A stretch of 32,000 nucleotides of DNA from an uncultured archaeon (GCA_964589775.1 CAZPUN010000027.1:10923-42922); one strand, 5' to 3'; numbered from the stretch's first letter, positions 1 through 10,216 are shown. Made by a program: numbers and translations. Notes: generated by a model not told the origin, from the letters alone.

Positions 1-311
1 TAGCTGAACATACGGATCTTACAACTATCAGTGCAATTATTTCTTCAGTTGTTTCAATTGCCGAACGTGGTGTTCAAGAATTAGTTCCAGATCAGCCTTT
101 AAACCAAGTCATATTAAAAATTGGTGATGATCCAACTGGACAAACAATCATTATGGAAAAAATTTGGGAAAATGTAATTATATTTGTTATATTTCCTACA
201 GTGTCTAATCTTGGATTGGTTTTACTTGAATTAGAAAATGCAATTCGAGATATTATAGAAGTTATTAAATCAAATGTGGATGTTAAATTGCATCCTGAAA
301 CAGTATTATAA
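1..311 (+). CDS. Roadblock/LC7 (MglB/LAMTOR2-like) protein, 5'-truncated by window edge
   Basis: Not in the ORF track. Frame 3 is open to TAA at 309-311: AEHTDLTTISAIISSVVSIAERGVQEL...LNQVILKIGDD...SNLGLVLLELENAI. The ISA...AER..EL and NLGL+LLE patterns are typical of roadblock proteins. Confidence 0.85.
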   Translation, partial: AEHTDLTTISAIISSVVSIAERGVQELVPDQPLNQVILKIGDDPTGQTIIMEKIWENVIIFVIFPTVSNLGLVLLELENAIRDIIEVIKSNVDVKLHPETVL

Positions 312-325
312 GGAGGAAATCGACT

Positions 326-745
326 ATGACCAAAGGTGGAACTCTAGCTAGATTAAATAGGTTTTTAGATAAACTAATTGCTGAAACAAACTGCGAAGCT
401 GCATTTATTTCAAATAAGAATGGATTAATAATGGCAAACAGATCAAAGACTGATATTGAAATCAGTCCCAAGGCAATTGCTGCAATGTCTTCTTTGATAA
501 ACGAATCAGGTGAGAAAACATACCGCCGATTAAATTTTGCAAAACCTGAAGTTTCAGCTATTTTCAGCAAAGAATTCATTATAGATATAACAAACATCTA
601 TATTCGTGATGGAAAACAAGAAATTCTAGTTACTAAAGTAACACGTAACCATAATAATAAAAAAGGATTTTTCCGTCGTAAAAAAACTATCAAGCTTGGT
701 ATTTCCGATGCTTTAAAGAGGGAACTAGTTAGTCTATTTACATAG
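326..745 (+). CDS. Roadblock/LC7 domain protein
   Basis: GGAGG SD at 312-316. AAFISNKNGLIMA and AIAAMSS match the roadblock beta1-beta2 and helix 2 pattern. Lies in tandem with the upstream roadblock gene. Confidence 0.75.
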   Translation: MTKGGTLARLNRFLDKLIAETNCEAAFISNKNGLIMANRSKTDIEISPKAIAAMSSLINESGEKTYRRLNFAKPEVSAIFSKEFIIDITNIYIRDGKQEILVTKVTRNHNNKKGFFRRKKTIKLGISDALKRELVSLFT

Positions 746-1007
746 CTTCCTCTAGTATTTTATCGATGTGGGATTTCCATTCTGGTTTGAATTCAAGTGC
801 TTTTTTGGCACACTCTATCGCTTTTTGTTTTTCTCCTAACTGTAAATGAGCTTTTGCTTTATAATACCAAGCTTTTCCAAAATCCGGTTTTAGTTTTATT
901 GCATGCTCATAACATTCAATGGCGCGCTTATAATCGCCTTTTACCTCTGCGACTCTTCCTTCTTCAAACCAGTCGTATGGTGTATAATATTCTTCATCGA
1001 CAGACAT
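738..1007 (-). CDS. Small tetratricopeptide-repeat protein
   Basis: Two TPR units: GDYKRAIECYEHAIKLKPD and AWYYKA...GEKQKAIECAKKALEFKP. GGAG SD upstream. Overlaps the convergent roadblock gene by 8 bp. Confidence 0.9.
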   Translation of the reverse strand: MSVDEEYYTPYDWFEEGRVAEVKGDYKRAIECYEHAIKLKPDFGKAWYYKAKAHLQLGEKQKAIECAKKALEFKPEWKSHIDKILEEAM

Positions 1008-1044
1008 TCAATTCTCCTCCATTATAATAATAAAAAATAAGGAA

Positions 1045-1494
1045 CTAATAAATGTCACTTATTGGATATACGATTGTAAATACTGCCTGCTCTAATGTCA
1101 TTACACCGTCTTTTACCCATTTGAATATGAGTTCTACGCCCTCTTTTCCAGCCAAGCTACATAGTATGTCATATACTGAATCATGGAATCGCTCATCCTT
1201 TAACAGTTCTTCGATGGTCTTTGTGATAATTATCTGGCGAATATCTCGAACAGGATGAGTTATCCAATAAAATATTTTTTCAACTTGTTTATCTGATAGA
1301 TTATATTTATTTGCATTATTTTGAAGGTCCTCTAATACTTTTTCTTTATTACTTCCATTTACATTTGATATACCCAATTCGTAAGCTAACAGATCGTATA
1401 ATAGGTGGTCCTCTGGATTTTTGCGAATTATATCGACTAATATCTTTTCGACATCGATTGGCGTAATTTTTCTTTCTTGCATTTTTATACCCAT
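1045..1494 (-). CDS. Hypothetical helical protein
   Basis: 149-aa ORF with protein-like composition, co-oriented between panB and the TPR gene. No recognisable motif. Confidence 0.7.
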   Translation of the reverse strand: MGIKMQERKITPIDVEKILVDIIRKNPEDHLLYDLLAYELGISNVNGSNKEKVLEDLQNNANKYNLSDKQVEKIFYWITHPVRDIRQIIITKTIEELLKDERFHDSVYDILCSLAGKEGVELIFKWVKDGVMTLEQAVFTIVYPISDIY

Positions 1495-1570
1495 ATATAT
1501 ATATTATACATATTCTTACAAAAACATTACTATTTTATAAGGGAAAAATCAAAAGCAAAAAATTGATTTT

Positions 1571-2374
1571 TTAATAATAATGGTCCTTATCTGGAAAAAT
1601 TTCTTTTCTAACCTCATCAGCATATGTATTTATTGCCTTAACGATTTCATCTCCTAAATTTGCATACGTTTTCAAAAATTTCGGTTTAAATCCACGAACC
1701 ATACCTAACATATCATATATAACTAGTACTTGTCCATCACAATATGGGCCTGCACCTATTCCAATAGTTGGAATATTTATTGAATTCGTAATTTCTTTTG
1801 CAATTTCTGATGGTACCAATTCTAAGACTAGAGAAAAAGCTCCTGCATTTTCAATTGCTTTTGCACTTTCTATCAAGTATTTTTGTGTTTTTTCATCTTT
1901 TCCTTGGACTTTATATCCTCCAAATTTGTGGATCGACTGCGGTGTAAATCCTATATGTCCCATAACTGGTATACCCGCATCTACTACTTTTCTGATTATG
2001 TTTTCAATTTCTTTTCCCCCTTCCATCTTTACCGCTTCGGCATGGCCTTCTTGGATCAAGCGTCCTGCATTTTGCAATGCCTGCTCTGGACTAATTTTGT
2101 AAGTCATAAATGGCATATCCGCTACTACTAACGAATATTGATTTCCTCTTGCGACAGCTGCTGTATGATGTATTATATCTTCGAGAGTTACTGGTATTGT
2201 ATTGTCATATCCTAAGACTGTATTTCCAACGGAGTCTCCCACCAAAATTATGTCCACGCTGCTTTCATTGAACAACTTGCTCATAATATAATCATAAGCA
2301 GTTAACATTACAATCTTTTTGCCCTTCTTTTTCATCTGTAGGAGTTTTGTAACTGTGATTTTTTTTCTATCCAT
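1571..2374 (-). CDS. panB: 3-methyl-2-oxobutanoate hydroxymethyltransferase
   Basis: Motifs MLTAYD, ILVGDS, ADMPF, VKMEGG, VMGHIGFTPQ and IGIGAG..CDGQVLV. Start reassigned to ATG 2374 (MDRKKITV). Confidence 0.97.
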   Translation of the reverse strand: MDRKKITVTKLLQMKKKGKKIVMLTAYDYIMSKLFNESSVDIILVGDSVGNTVLGYDNTIPVTLEDIIHHTAAVARGNQYSLVVADMPFMTYKISPEQALQNAGRLIQEGHAEAVKMEGGKEIENIIRKVVDAGIPVMGHIGFTPQSIHKFGGYKVQGKDEKTQKYLIESAKAIENAGAFSLVLELVPSEIAKEITNSINIPTIGIGAGPYCDGQVLVIYDMLGMVRGFKPKFLKTYANLGDEIVKAINTYADEVRKEIFPDKDHYY

Positions 2375-2465
2375 TTTAATCCCAGCCGATTTTGGATATA
2401 CTAAAAAAGATTTATGAATATTCGGATTTAATATTGTTTTGATTATCTGCAAAGGAAGGGTATCC

Positions 2466-3389
2466 ATGGATTTATTCAAGATAAAAGCGAAAATTAAGTA
2501 TGTGCTTTTAAGATTTCATAGTAATTTGGAAAAGTATCTGAGAATCCTATGGGTAGTGACGAAAAGCGTCTTTGAATTAATTATTTCAATTGCCTTTATC
2601 GTATTTGCGGTTTATTTCCATTCATGGATAGCAAATCTTCCTCCTTCGAATATTAATCAAAGCCTTCCTGAATCTTACATTGTTGAAATTACAAAACATT
2701 GGGGTTGGGGCACATCACCATTTTTCGAATTTGTACTTGGAGTTCATAATACTATATTATTTAATTATGGTTTAGATCCTATTAATGGGAATCTTATTTT
2801 ACCTATTGTATTGTATGGATTTGCAATAACATTCATTTCATTGTATGGGGCTCTTGTCCTACTTATATTTGTATATAAAAATTCCTTCGAGGTTAAAAAT
2901 AATGTAACTATTGCAATTAAGCATGAGCATTTATCTGACATTAAGTTATGGTCTGGTGGGTTTATTGTATCTCTTGTATTAACCGGTTTTGTTCTTTATT
3001 TTGAACCAATTTTACATATGTGGGCTGGCGTGTTTAAGCAAATTGTTTTACTTTTACTTATGTTCACTGCAACTGGAATATTTATGAGTTTCAATGGAAA
3101 ATTTTCAGAATATCTTTCGACTCAAGAATTAGTTAGTTTATTTGCACATCAGCTCGCGCCTTTAATTATAAGTCTATCAATAATCTTTGAAACATTGATT
3201 CGCATTAATGGCATAGGATATTTATTATTTGATTCGCTATTTATTCAAAATACTCCTGTATTGTTTGGATCCTTCTATTTATTAGGACTTTTATTATTTC
3301 CATTGCGAATATTTTCAGGAGCTATAAAAATAGAAAAAAGAGAAATTGATGACACGTCATCCCGAGTAATATCTACGTATCTTGGATAG
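2466..3389 (+). CDS. Multi-pass membrane protein with a DppB/OppB-like ABC permease C-terminus (divergent)
   Basis: Several hydrophobic helices. IIFETLIRINGIGYLLFDSLFIQNTPVLFG resembles the DppB ETVF..PG+G.L..DA+..D.PV+ motif. ATG 2466 is preceded by a purine-rich SD. Confidence 0.6.
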   Translation: MDLFKIKAKIKYVLLRFHSNLEKYLRILWVVTKSVFELIISIAFIVFAVYFHSWIANLPPSNINQSLPESYIVEITKHWGWGTSPFFEFVLGVHNTILFNYGLDPINGNLILPIVLYGFAITFISLYGALVLLIFVYKNSFEVKNNVTIAIKHEHLSDIKLWSGGFIVSLVLTGFVLYFEPILHMWAGVFKQIVLLLLMFTATGIFMSFNGKFSEYLSTQELVSLFAHQLAPLIISLSIIFETLIRINGIGYLLFDSLFIQNTPVLFGSFYLLGLLLFPLRIFSGAIKIEKREIDDTSSRVISTYLG

Positions 3390-3391
3390 AT

Positions 3392-3925
3392 CTAATCTAT
3401 CCGTTCTAATTCATTTGGATATCGCTTTGCGTTGTTTGTATAAAAATCAACAAAGCCATCGATTTGAACGCGTGCGGGGTCTTCTGGAGATTCAATATAT
3501 CTCATAACTTTTGCAGGGACTCCTACCATAATACTATTTGCAGGGGCTTCCTTATTCTGAGGGAGAAGCGCGCCATCTCCTATTATTGCACCTGTTCGAA
3601 CTACCGTATTATATGCTATAATTGCACCCATACCTATGGCAGCTCTATCTTCAATCAATCGTGCATGAATTGTTGCGTTGTGTCCTATATTTACATAATT
3701 ACCGATTTCTGTTGTATATTCTCGTTGGCTGTGAATCACGACGCCATCTTGGATGCTAGTATGAGATCCAATAATGATTTTTCCGCCATCGCCCCTAATT
3801 ACGGCTGTTGGTGCGACAAAGGTATACTCATCAATTGATACGTCACCAATAACAACTGCCATTGGGTGTACGTATGCTTTTGGATCTATTTTTGGAACAA
3901 GTTTTCCCAACTTATAGATTGCCAT
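3392..3925 (-). CDS. Gamma carbonic anhydrase-family hexapeptide-repeat protein (YrdA/PaaY-like)
   Basis: VIGDV, VIRGD, SIQDGVVIH and IGHNATIH, which supply three metal-binding His residues. Confidence 0.93.
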   Translation of the reverse strand: MAIYKLGKLVPKIDPKAYVHPMAVVIGDVSIDEYTFVAPTAVIRGDGGKIIIGSHTSIQDGVVIHSQREYTTEIGNYVNIGHNATIHARLIEDRAAIGMGAIIAYNTVVRTGAIIGDGALLPQNKEAPANSIMVGVPAKVMRYIESPEDPARVQIDGFVDFYTNNAKRYPNELERID

Positions 3926-3959
3926 ATTTCATCACGTCATAATTTTGTATGTTTCTGTT

Positions 3960-4832
3960 TTATGTATTTATAGTTAATTCGCTTCCAGCTCCCGCAAATA
4001 TAAAACCATTTAATTCAGTAAATCTTCGTACCGCATTAAATCCTGTACAATGGAGTGGTACTATAAACTCTATATTGTTAGATTCAAGTTCATGAATTAT
4101 TTCATCTATTTCTGCATTAGACGCTGCTCGTAAGTGAAATCCACCAATAATCCCATAAATTGGTAAGTCTGATAGATTTTTTGCGTATCTGATTGTATTT
4201 ATCAATCCGCTATGGCAGCATCCAGTAATTATGATCTGACCTTTGTCTGTTAATAATGATATAAACTGATCATCAATTAATGGGTCTTCAATCCAAGCCT
4301 CATTCTTTTTATATAGCGAGTGTTTTGATGGTTTTGAGTAATATCCTGCGATCCGTGGGACTTCCCCGGATATAATTATGTTCTCTGTAATGTTCGTTGG
4401 TTGTATCGTATATGTTACATCATAATCTGTCAAAATCTTCCTTACTGTTGATGAAAGTCCAACATTGTATGAATAATCCTTGTATTTTACCAATCTTTCA
4501 GACAACGCATGTGGATGCAAATATATGGGGATTCTAGCAGAAATAATATCCATGAGTCCTCCAACGTGGTCCCAATGTCCGTGAGACATTACATACGCAT
4601 CAATGTCTTTAAGTGCTATGTTTAAATGTTTCAGATTATGTTTAAAAACCGATGAACTCCCGGATGAGTCTAATAATAGCTTCTTATCATCATGTTCAAT
4701 AAATATCGAAAGTCCATGTTCTGCCATACAATGGTCTGGTGATTTTGTAAGTAATGTGTGTTTTATAGTATCGATTTTTGGGGTAAACGGTTCTCCAACT
4801 TTATTGTCTGCTACTATTATTATTCGTGTCAT
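3960..4832 (-). CDS. MBL-fold metallo-hydrolase of the MJ0301/MptH-like family
   Basis: Motifs AEHGLS, SHGHWDHVGG, DDQ, ITGCCHSG, GGFHL and PLHCTG. Confidence 0.88.
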   Translation of the reverse strand: MTRIIIVADNKVGEPFTPKIDTIKHTLLTKSPDHCMAEHGLSIFIEHDDKKLLLDSSGSSSVFKHNLKHLNIALKDIDAYVMSHGHWDHVGGLMDIISARIPIYLHPHALSERLVKYKDYSYNVGLSSTVRKILTDYDVTYTIQPTNITENIIISGEVPRIAGYYSKPSKHSLYKKNEAWIEDPLIDDQFISLLTDKGQIIITGCCHSGLINTIRYAKNLSDLPIYGIIGGFHLRAASNAEIDEIIHELESNNIEFIVPLHCTGFNAVRRFTELNGFIFAGAGSELTINT

Positions 4833-4880
4833 GATTATCCCTCATTATGTTAAAAAATAAAAAAGAAGTGTAAAAAGTAT

Positions 4881-7343
4881 TTACTTCTTGAACTTGATTA
4901 TATATACTATAATTACAACAGCTACGGCTCCACCAATTGCGATTATTGGTATATAACCTAAAGTGTAGCCTCCGCTTGGATGTTCTTCGCCATTGGAAAT
5001 TGTAGTGTTAAAAACTGGTGATGTGAATACATGCCCATCATGATCAAATGCATAATATTTATACTGTACATTTGTTCCGCCTGGTAGTGCCTCCAATAAA
5101 GTACTATATCCATTTGTTTCAGCGGTTAGTGTATGATTTTCCCAACCATTTCCAGTATTATAACTGACTAAAACTGAAGTGACTCTGCTCATAGTATCTG
5201 GTGTTGCGAATAGTCCAATTACAGCTTCTTGATTTGCCTGTGGTGGATTTGGTTCGAGTTTTGGAACGAAGTAGTATGCAGCACCATCTACAGAATATTG
5301 TTTTATGTCTCCCACGCTTGAATTTTCGATTGTTATATGTACAACTCCATATCCTCCATTCTTAGCTGAGAATGTTGCATTGTAAATATACTTACCATTT
5401 GCAGGTATTGTAATATCTGTGATTTCGGTATTTGCTAAGTTAAGATTTTGGACTTTTGTAACGGCTTTGAAGGTAATACTTTCGGTATTATAATTATTAA
5501 TTGTAACCGAGAAAGTCTTACTAATTCCAGTTTCTGTAAATATTGCACTATATTCGTTGAATGTAATTGATATATTTAGTACCTTAGAATTCAATCCTGA
5601 TTCTGCATATTGGATCGCGCGATATGGATTTCCATTATCAAATGCACGTATAGCACATTTGAGATAATATCTCGAGAGTGATGCAATATTTCCAGAATTT
5701 TCATGTGCCGTTATTGCATTCGTTAGATTTTGAATTAAATTCTGTGCTTGTTCTGTATAATTGAATAGTACATCGATCCAGGTCTTTTCACCAATGAGCG
5801 CATTGTTAAAGCGGTCTCTAATTATAACGCGTCTATTTAAGATTGCATTGACTAAGTCATGTCCTGATGGATTACCCATGTATCCATGTGTCTCGTTGAA
5901 GAACATGTACATCTCCATTAATGGCATCTTAATTCTGTTATGTGAATCTGAAGCACCTACGAATACATGTGTAAATCCAGCTTCTGGACTTCCCAGTATA
6001 TATCCGGAATTATCAATCTCAATACCATCGAAACCGATCTCATCAAAATGCATGTAGGGTTCAATATAACTTGGTCCGATTGTGGGATGCGCATAGATTG
6101 CAATTGCACCTTGCTTGTGGGCTTCAATTACAACTGCTTTGTGCGTACTATTGTGAATATTTGCAGTTGATGGGAATACAGTTGTATGTTGAATGTGAGA
6201 GACTTCTTGCCCCCAGACAACTTGTAGGTCATAATGATTTGCACGAATATATGCATCTGCAGCTTGGGCGCCAGTTATACCTCCAATAGTAACTGGCTTT
6301 TCATAAATATGATCTGTAAGAACAAAATAGTTTAGGTCTGCCCAGAGAGCTGCATCGGCTTGTTCATTGGGTCTGTCTCTACCATCACTATGTGTAGTAT
6401 GGTCATGATATACGCCCAAGTATGGTTTGAAATCTTGAATCCATGATGCGTTTGGTTCTGGTCCAACTCCAACGTACAGAATAAATGGATCTGGAACAGA
6501 TACTGTACGTTGTGGTATCTGTGCAAGCCATGTAAATACATTTAGAGCCAGCTGATAATGGTCATTTGGATTCTTAAGTTCCTTATTTAAGAAGATCATA
6601 AATGGTCCCGGAGAGCCAAACGCCAATATTCTTCCAGAGCCATATGTTGATGCAGCTACTACAGTTTTTCCATCGTATTCTACGAGGCTGGTTGCTGGTG
6701 ATTGAACCGTTAGAGTGCATGATTTCATATCATCTGCATAAGATGACATTGATTGTACATCTGTAAATATTTCATGTGATGGCAAATTTGTAATCAAGTA
6801 ATGTTCTGAATCTTGATTAAAGTGTATTCCGAAGTTCTCTGCAATTGGGTTAAGGTGTGTAGTTGTATATCCCCAACCTGAGCCACCTTCATTCAGTCCT
6901 ACTAAGAGAAGGCCTCCTCCATTGTTCACAAAAGCTTTGATAGCATCAATTTCGCTGCTGGATAATGCTATCTGTGGGTACATAATTACGAGAACATCAT
7001 AGCCAGCTAAAAGGCTGGATGTGATATTTTTATCTAAATTAGTATCTGAATGAATTTGATTAGCAAGTAATAAGCCTCCAATTATTGAAGCATTTCCCGG
7101 AGACCATAGATCGCTAGAATTGTATGCATGCGCTTCATCGAATAATACATTTGCAATATATGTGTCTGATAAAACAGGTCTCACGAAGGGATGCTTAATT
7201 TGAGGCAATGGTGGTAATACATTTGCAGCGGCTTGAGGTGCTGCTTGAATTGGAGATGGATAAACAAATGAAAGTGTAAAAATCAAAATAAATACAATCG
7301 AGACTTTTCTATTCACCTTTTGTCGGCCTCTTTTATTTTTCAT
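4881..7343 (-). CDS. Membrane-anchored surface protein: signal peptide, DUF4350/GldG-IFT52-like domain, PHP phosphoesterase, Ig-like domains, C-terminal TM
   Basis: Basic and hydrophobic N-terminus. VLFDEAH...YDVLVIMYP...EIDAIKAFVNNGGGLLL. PHP motifs HDHTTHSDG, TDH, GQE, AHP and SDSH. C-terminal hydrophobic helix followed by KFKK. Confidence 0.85.
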   Translation of the reverse strand: MKNKRGRQKVNRKVSIVFILIFTLSFVYPSPIQAAPQAAANVLPPLPQIKHPFVRPVLSDTYIANVLFDEAHAYNSSDLWSPGNASIIGGLLLANQIHSDTNLDKNITSSLLAGYDVLVIMYPQIALSSSEIDAIKAFVNNGGGLLLVGLNEGGSGWGYTTTHLNPIAENFGIHFNQDSEHYLITNLPSHEIFTDVQSMSSYADDMKSCTLTVQSPATSLVEYDGKTVVAASTYGSGRILAFGSPGPFMIFLNKELKNPNDHYQLALNVFTWLAQIPQRTVSVPDPFILYVGVGPEPNASWIQDFKPYLGVYHDHTTHSDGRDRPNEQADAALWADLNYFVLTDHIYEKPVTIGGITGAQAADAYIRANHYDLQVVWGQEVSHIQHTTVFPSTANIHNSTHKAVVIEAHKQGAIAIYAHPTIGPSYIEPYMHFDEIGFDGIEIDNSGYILGSPEAGFTHVFVGASDSHNRIKMPLMEMYMFFNETHGYMGNPSGHDLVNAILNRRVIIRDRFNNALIGEKTWIDVLFNYTEQAQNLIQNLTNAITAHENSGNIASLSRYYLKCAIRAFDNGNPYRAIQYAESGLNSKVLNISITFNEYSAIFTETGISKTFSVTINNYNTESITFKAVTKVQNLNLANTEITDITIPANGKYIYNATFSAKNGGYGVVHITIENSSVGDIKQYSVDGAAYYFVPKLEPNPPQANQEAVIGLFATPDTMSRVTSVLVSYNTGNGWENHTLTAETNGYSTLLEALPGGTNVQYKYYAFDHDGHVFTSPVFNTTISNGEEHPSGGYTLGYIPIIAIGGAVAVVIIVYIIKFKK

Positions 7344-7450
7344 TTACTAACTTTTTTCATAATCCTTTTTAGTTTTCCGAAATTATAGAGATATTTTTAA
7401 GAGTACGAATACAAATTCTTTTGGATAGAAAAATTAAGGATGTATGGCTA

Positions 7451-9124
7451 ATGAAGCGGCATCATACCATAATCATATTAATTTCATTACTGATAGTTTC
7501 TATTCCCCCAAGTATAAATGCACGCCCTGCACAAGCTTGGGGATTACCGGTGCATATGTACTTTGTAGAAAAAGCGACGGCAAACTTGCCTAATGCTACA
7601 TGGCGAAATGCATTTCTCTGGTATATGAGTGAATTAAAGACTGGTTCAACAACACCAGATCAAGTATTTCAAGATTGGCCAAATCATCTCTATTATATTC
7701 CACACACCGATAATTCTACCACTGCGGATATTGCAGTAAATCGTTGGTATAACTTTGTTGTGAATAACTTTTCACAAGGTAATTGGAAAGATGGATTTTT
7801 TGCAGCAGGAGTAATGTCACACTATTTCACGGATATCAATATCCCTGTGCATACTGGACCATATTGGGAAGGTCATCCTGCATATGAAAAAGACATTAAT
7901 AACCATCTAAGTGAATTTGAAGTAACTCTTCAGCCTCCTGCTCTCGTAACTAATATCACCGATTTTGTGATTCAACATGCAACATGGGCGCACGAATATT
8001 ATTCACTTATCCATGAAGCCTACCCATCTTCTAGTTCTGTAGCACTATCAACAAATCAAACCATATGGAATATTACCGAACTCCAAATGTCTCGCGCAAT
8101 TAATGGATTAACCTCTCTATGGTATACTATTATTCACAATATTAATGCTCCTGAATTACCCGAAATTCAAATAAAATATACTGCATTAATCGATAATTAT
8201 CATAATAATGACTATAGTGATAGTCAACTGAGCTCATTATCTTCACAGCTACCTCGCTGGGGCATTGATGTTGTAATGGCAAATGGGCCACTCACTGAGG
8301 CTATACTAAGTGATGATATCGACTTGCTTATATTGACCTGCCCGTATTCAGAAATCAATTCTACGGAACAGCAAGCAATTGCAAATTGGTTATCCGGTTC
8401 AAATCATAGTATAATTCTCACGAGTCGTGGTGATTATTACAATACATCCTATGCTCGCAGAGATATTTTGAATCAAATTCTTGAAAAGATCAATTCTACA
8501 ATACGTGTCAATGATGATAGTGTATATGAACAGAATACCTATCGAGATTGGTACGTTGAACTTGAAAATATCAAGCCACCTTCTGAAACATTAAATATTA
8601 CCGCAGGTGTAAATACATTCTTCATGTTTGCGCCTTCCAGTATTTACTATCTTCCTGGATCTAGCGCAACTACAGTAATGACTGGGGATCCTACTTGTTA
8701 TCAATTAGATCAGAATCCGCCTCCAATTAATACTACATATGACACAACGAAGGATAATTCTGGTGGAGATAGTATTCCTTTAGTTGGTGTTGAAAAGGTT
8801 GAAAATTACAAGATTGCCGTAGCAGGTACGACATTTTTCTCAGATTTTGATTTCGGTAAGTCTAATGATTTCGATAATGTAGTATTTCTAAAGAACATTT
8901 TCGGATGGCTATTAAACACACAATTGGTAGATGTTTCTGAACCAACTTCATCGACATCTAGCTCGTCTTCTAGTCCCTCATCTACTTCATCACAAACTGG
9001 GTCTTCAAGTACAAATACCAACACTAACCTATTTCCAGTTGATCCACTTTATATAGAAATAGGCGCTATTGCAGGAATAGCATTAATTGCAATAGTTGTT
9101 ATAATATATAAAAAGAGAGGCTAA
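7451..9124 (+). CDS. Membrane-anchored Zn-dependent phospholipase C / S1-P1 nuclease-fold protein with a DUF4350/GldG-like domain
   Basis: Signal peptide followed by a mature-type W-G-x-x-x-H (AWGLPVH), PD, GVMSHYFTDINIPVHT and HPAYE. Second domain ALIDNYH...IDLLILTCP. Ser/Thr linker, TM helix, KKRG. Start ATG 7451. Confidence 0.85.
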   Translation: MKRHHTIIILISLLIVSIPPSINARPAQAWGLPVHMYFVEKATANLPNATWRNAFLWYMSELKTGSTTPDQVFQDWPNHLYYIPHTDNSTTADIAVNRWYNFVVNNFSQGNWKDGFFAAGVMSHYFTDINIPVHTGPYWEGHPAYEKDINNHLSEFEVTLQPPALVTNITDFVIQHATWAHEYYSLIHEAYPSSSSVALSTNQTIWNITELQMSRAINGLTSLWYTIIHNINAPELPEIQIKYTALIDNYHNNDYSDSQLSSLSSQLPRWGIDVVMANGPLTEAILSDDIDLLILTCPYSEINSTEQQAIANWLSGSNHSIILTSRGDYYNTSYARRDILNQILEKINSTIRVNDDSVYEQNTYRDWYVELENIKPPSETLNITAGVNTFFMFAPSSIYYLPGSSATTVMTGDPTCYQLDQNPPPINTTYDTTKDNSGGDSIPLVGVEKVENYKIAVAGTTFFSDFDFGKSNDFDNVVFLKNIFGWLLNTQLVDVSEPTSSTSSSSSSPSSTSSQTGSSSTNTNTNLFPVDPLYIEIGAIAGIALIAIVVIIYKKRG

Positions 9125-9150
9125 ACTGCCTCATTCTCTTATTTTTTAGA
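9117..9150. terminator. Probable bidirectional terminator between convergent genes
   Basis: Hairpin GAGGC-TAAACT-GCCTC flanked by A-rich and T-rich runs. Confidence 0.4.
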
Positions 9151-10216
9151 AATTACGTGTGATCATAAAATCATTTAGAGCTTTGAAGAATTCTACATAC
9201 TCGTCTTTTATTTTAGGTTCAGCCCTATCTAAAGCTTCCATAGCTTCTTTGTTTAGGCGTTTTCCTAATTCTGTTGCAAACTCTAATGCGCCAGTTTGTC
9301 TGAACACTTCTCGAACTTGTTCGACTTGCTCTGGTGTTGCTTCTCGATGTCCTAAAATAGTATCCAAAATTTTCTTCTGTTCATCATTTGCTTTCTCATA
9401 TGCACGAATTACAAGTATTGTTCGTTTGCCTTCTTTTATATCTCCATCTGCTGGTTTTCCAGTGACTTTTATATCTCCAAATGTGCCCAATATATCATCT
9501 TGGATTTGAAAAGCTTCTCCGGTCTTAATTGCATATTCACTTAATGCTTCAAGTTGGCTTTCTGATGCTCCTCCAAGTGTGGCACCCATTAAAATGGATT
9601 TTTCGAAAAGGCTTGCAGTCTTTCCTTCAATCATTTTTATGTATGTATCAACTGTAACATTTGGTTCCCAAATCATCATAGTTTCTAAAAATACGCCGTC
9701 GATTAATTGGTTGAATGCGAGCGAATAATATCTATGCAATTTAACAAGTAGTTCCGGTGCAAATCCCGATGTGGATATAGCTTCATTTCCAAGATTAATG
9801 AGTGAATCGCCTCCAAGAATTCCCATTTCCGATCCAAAATCAACTGCTTTTTTGGGGTCCACATTATCCTTAAACCAATCGCGGTATTTTGCATGGAAGG
9901 TTGGTCCGCCTCTTCGGAATTCATCATGATCAATTAAGTCATCATGAAGTAAGCTTCCATTATGTAATAGTTCAACTGAAATTGCAGCCCGATACAAATT
10001 TCCTTTATTCTTTGCTCCAACAGCATGATATGCATGTACAAAAACAGTCGGGCGAAGTCTCTTGCCACCGCGGCTTAAATATTCAAGAATGTTATCATAA
10101 TACTCGACATGCCATTTACTATATTGTTTTCCGTGTTCTTTTTTCTCTTCCATGAATCTTTTCAATTCTTCATTAATGGGCACAATCTCTGACTTCAACA
10201 ACTTTTCGAAATCCAT
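9146..10216 (-). CDS. idsA: Trans-polyprenyl diphosphate synthase (GGPP synthase family)
   Basis: GGKRLRP, first Asp-rich motif LLHDDLIDHD..RRG, KTA, second motif FQIQDDILG, and DIKEGK. Confidence 0.93.
   Translation of the reverse strand: MDFEKLLKSEIVPINEELKRFMEEKKEHGKQYSKWHVEYYDNILEYLSRGGKRLRPTVFVHAYHAVGAKNKGNLYRAAISVELLHNGSLLHDDLIDHDEFRRGGPTFHAKYRDWFKDNVDPKKAVDFGSEMGILGGDSLINLGNEAISTSGFAPELLVKLHRYYSLAFNQLIDGVFLETMMIWEPNVTVDTYIKMIEGKTASLFEKSILMGATLGGASESQLEALSEYAIKTGEAFQIQDDILGTFGDIKVTGKPADGDIKEGKRTILVIRAYEKANDEQKKILDTILGHREATPEQVEQVREVFRQTGALEFATELGKRLNKEAMEALDRAEPKIKDEYVEFFKALNDFMITRNF

Noticed and set aside
8940-9030. Ser/Thr-rich low-complexity tract
   Set aside because: An ordinary glycosylated stalk of a surface protein, not a DNA repeat.
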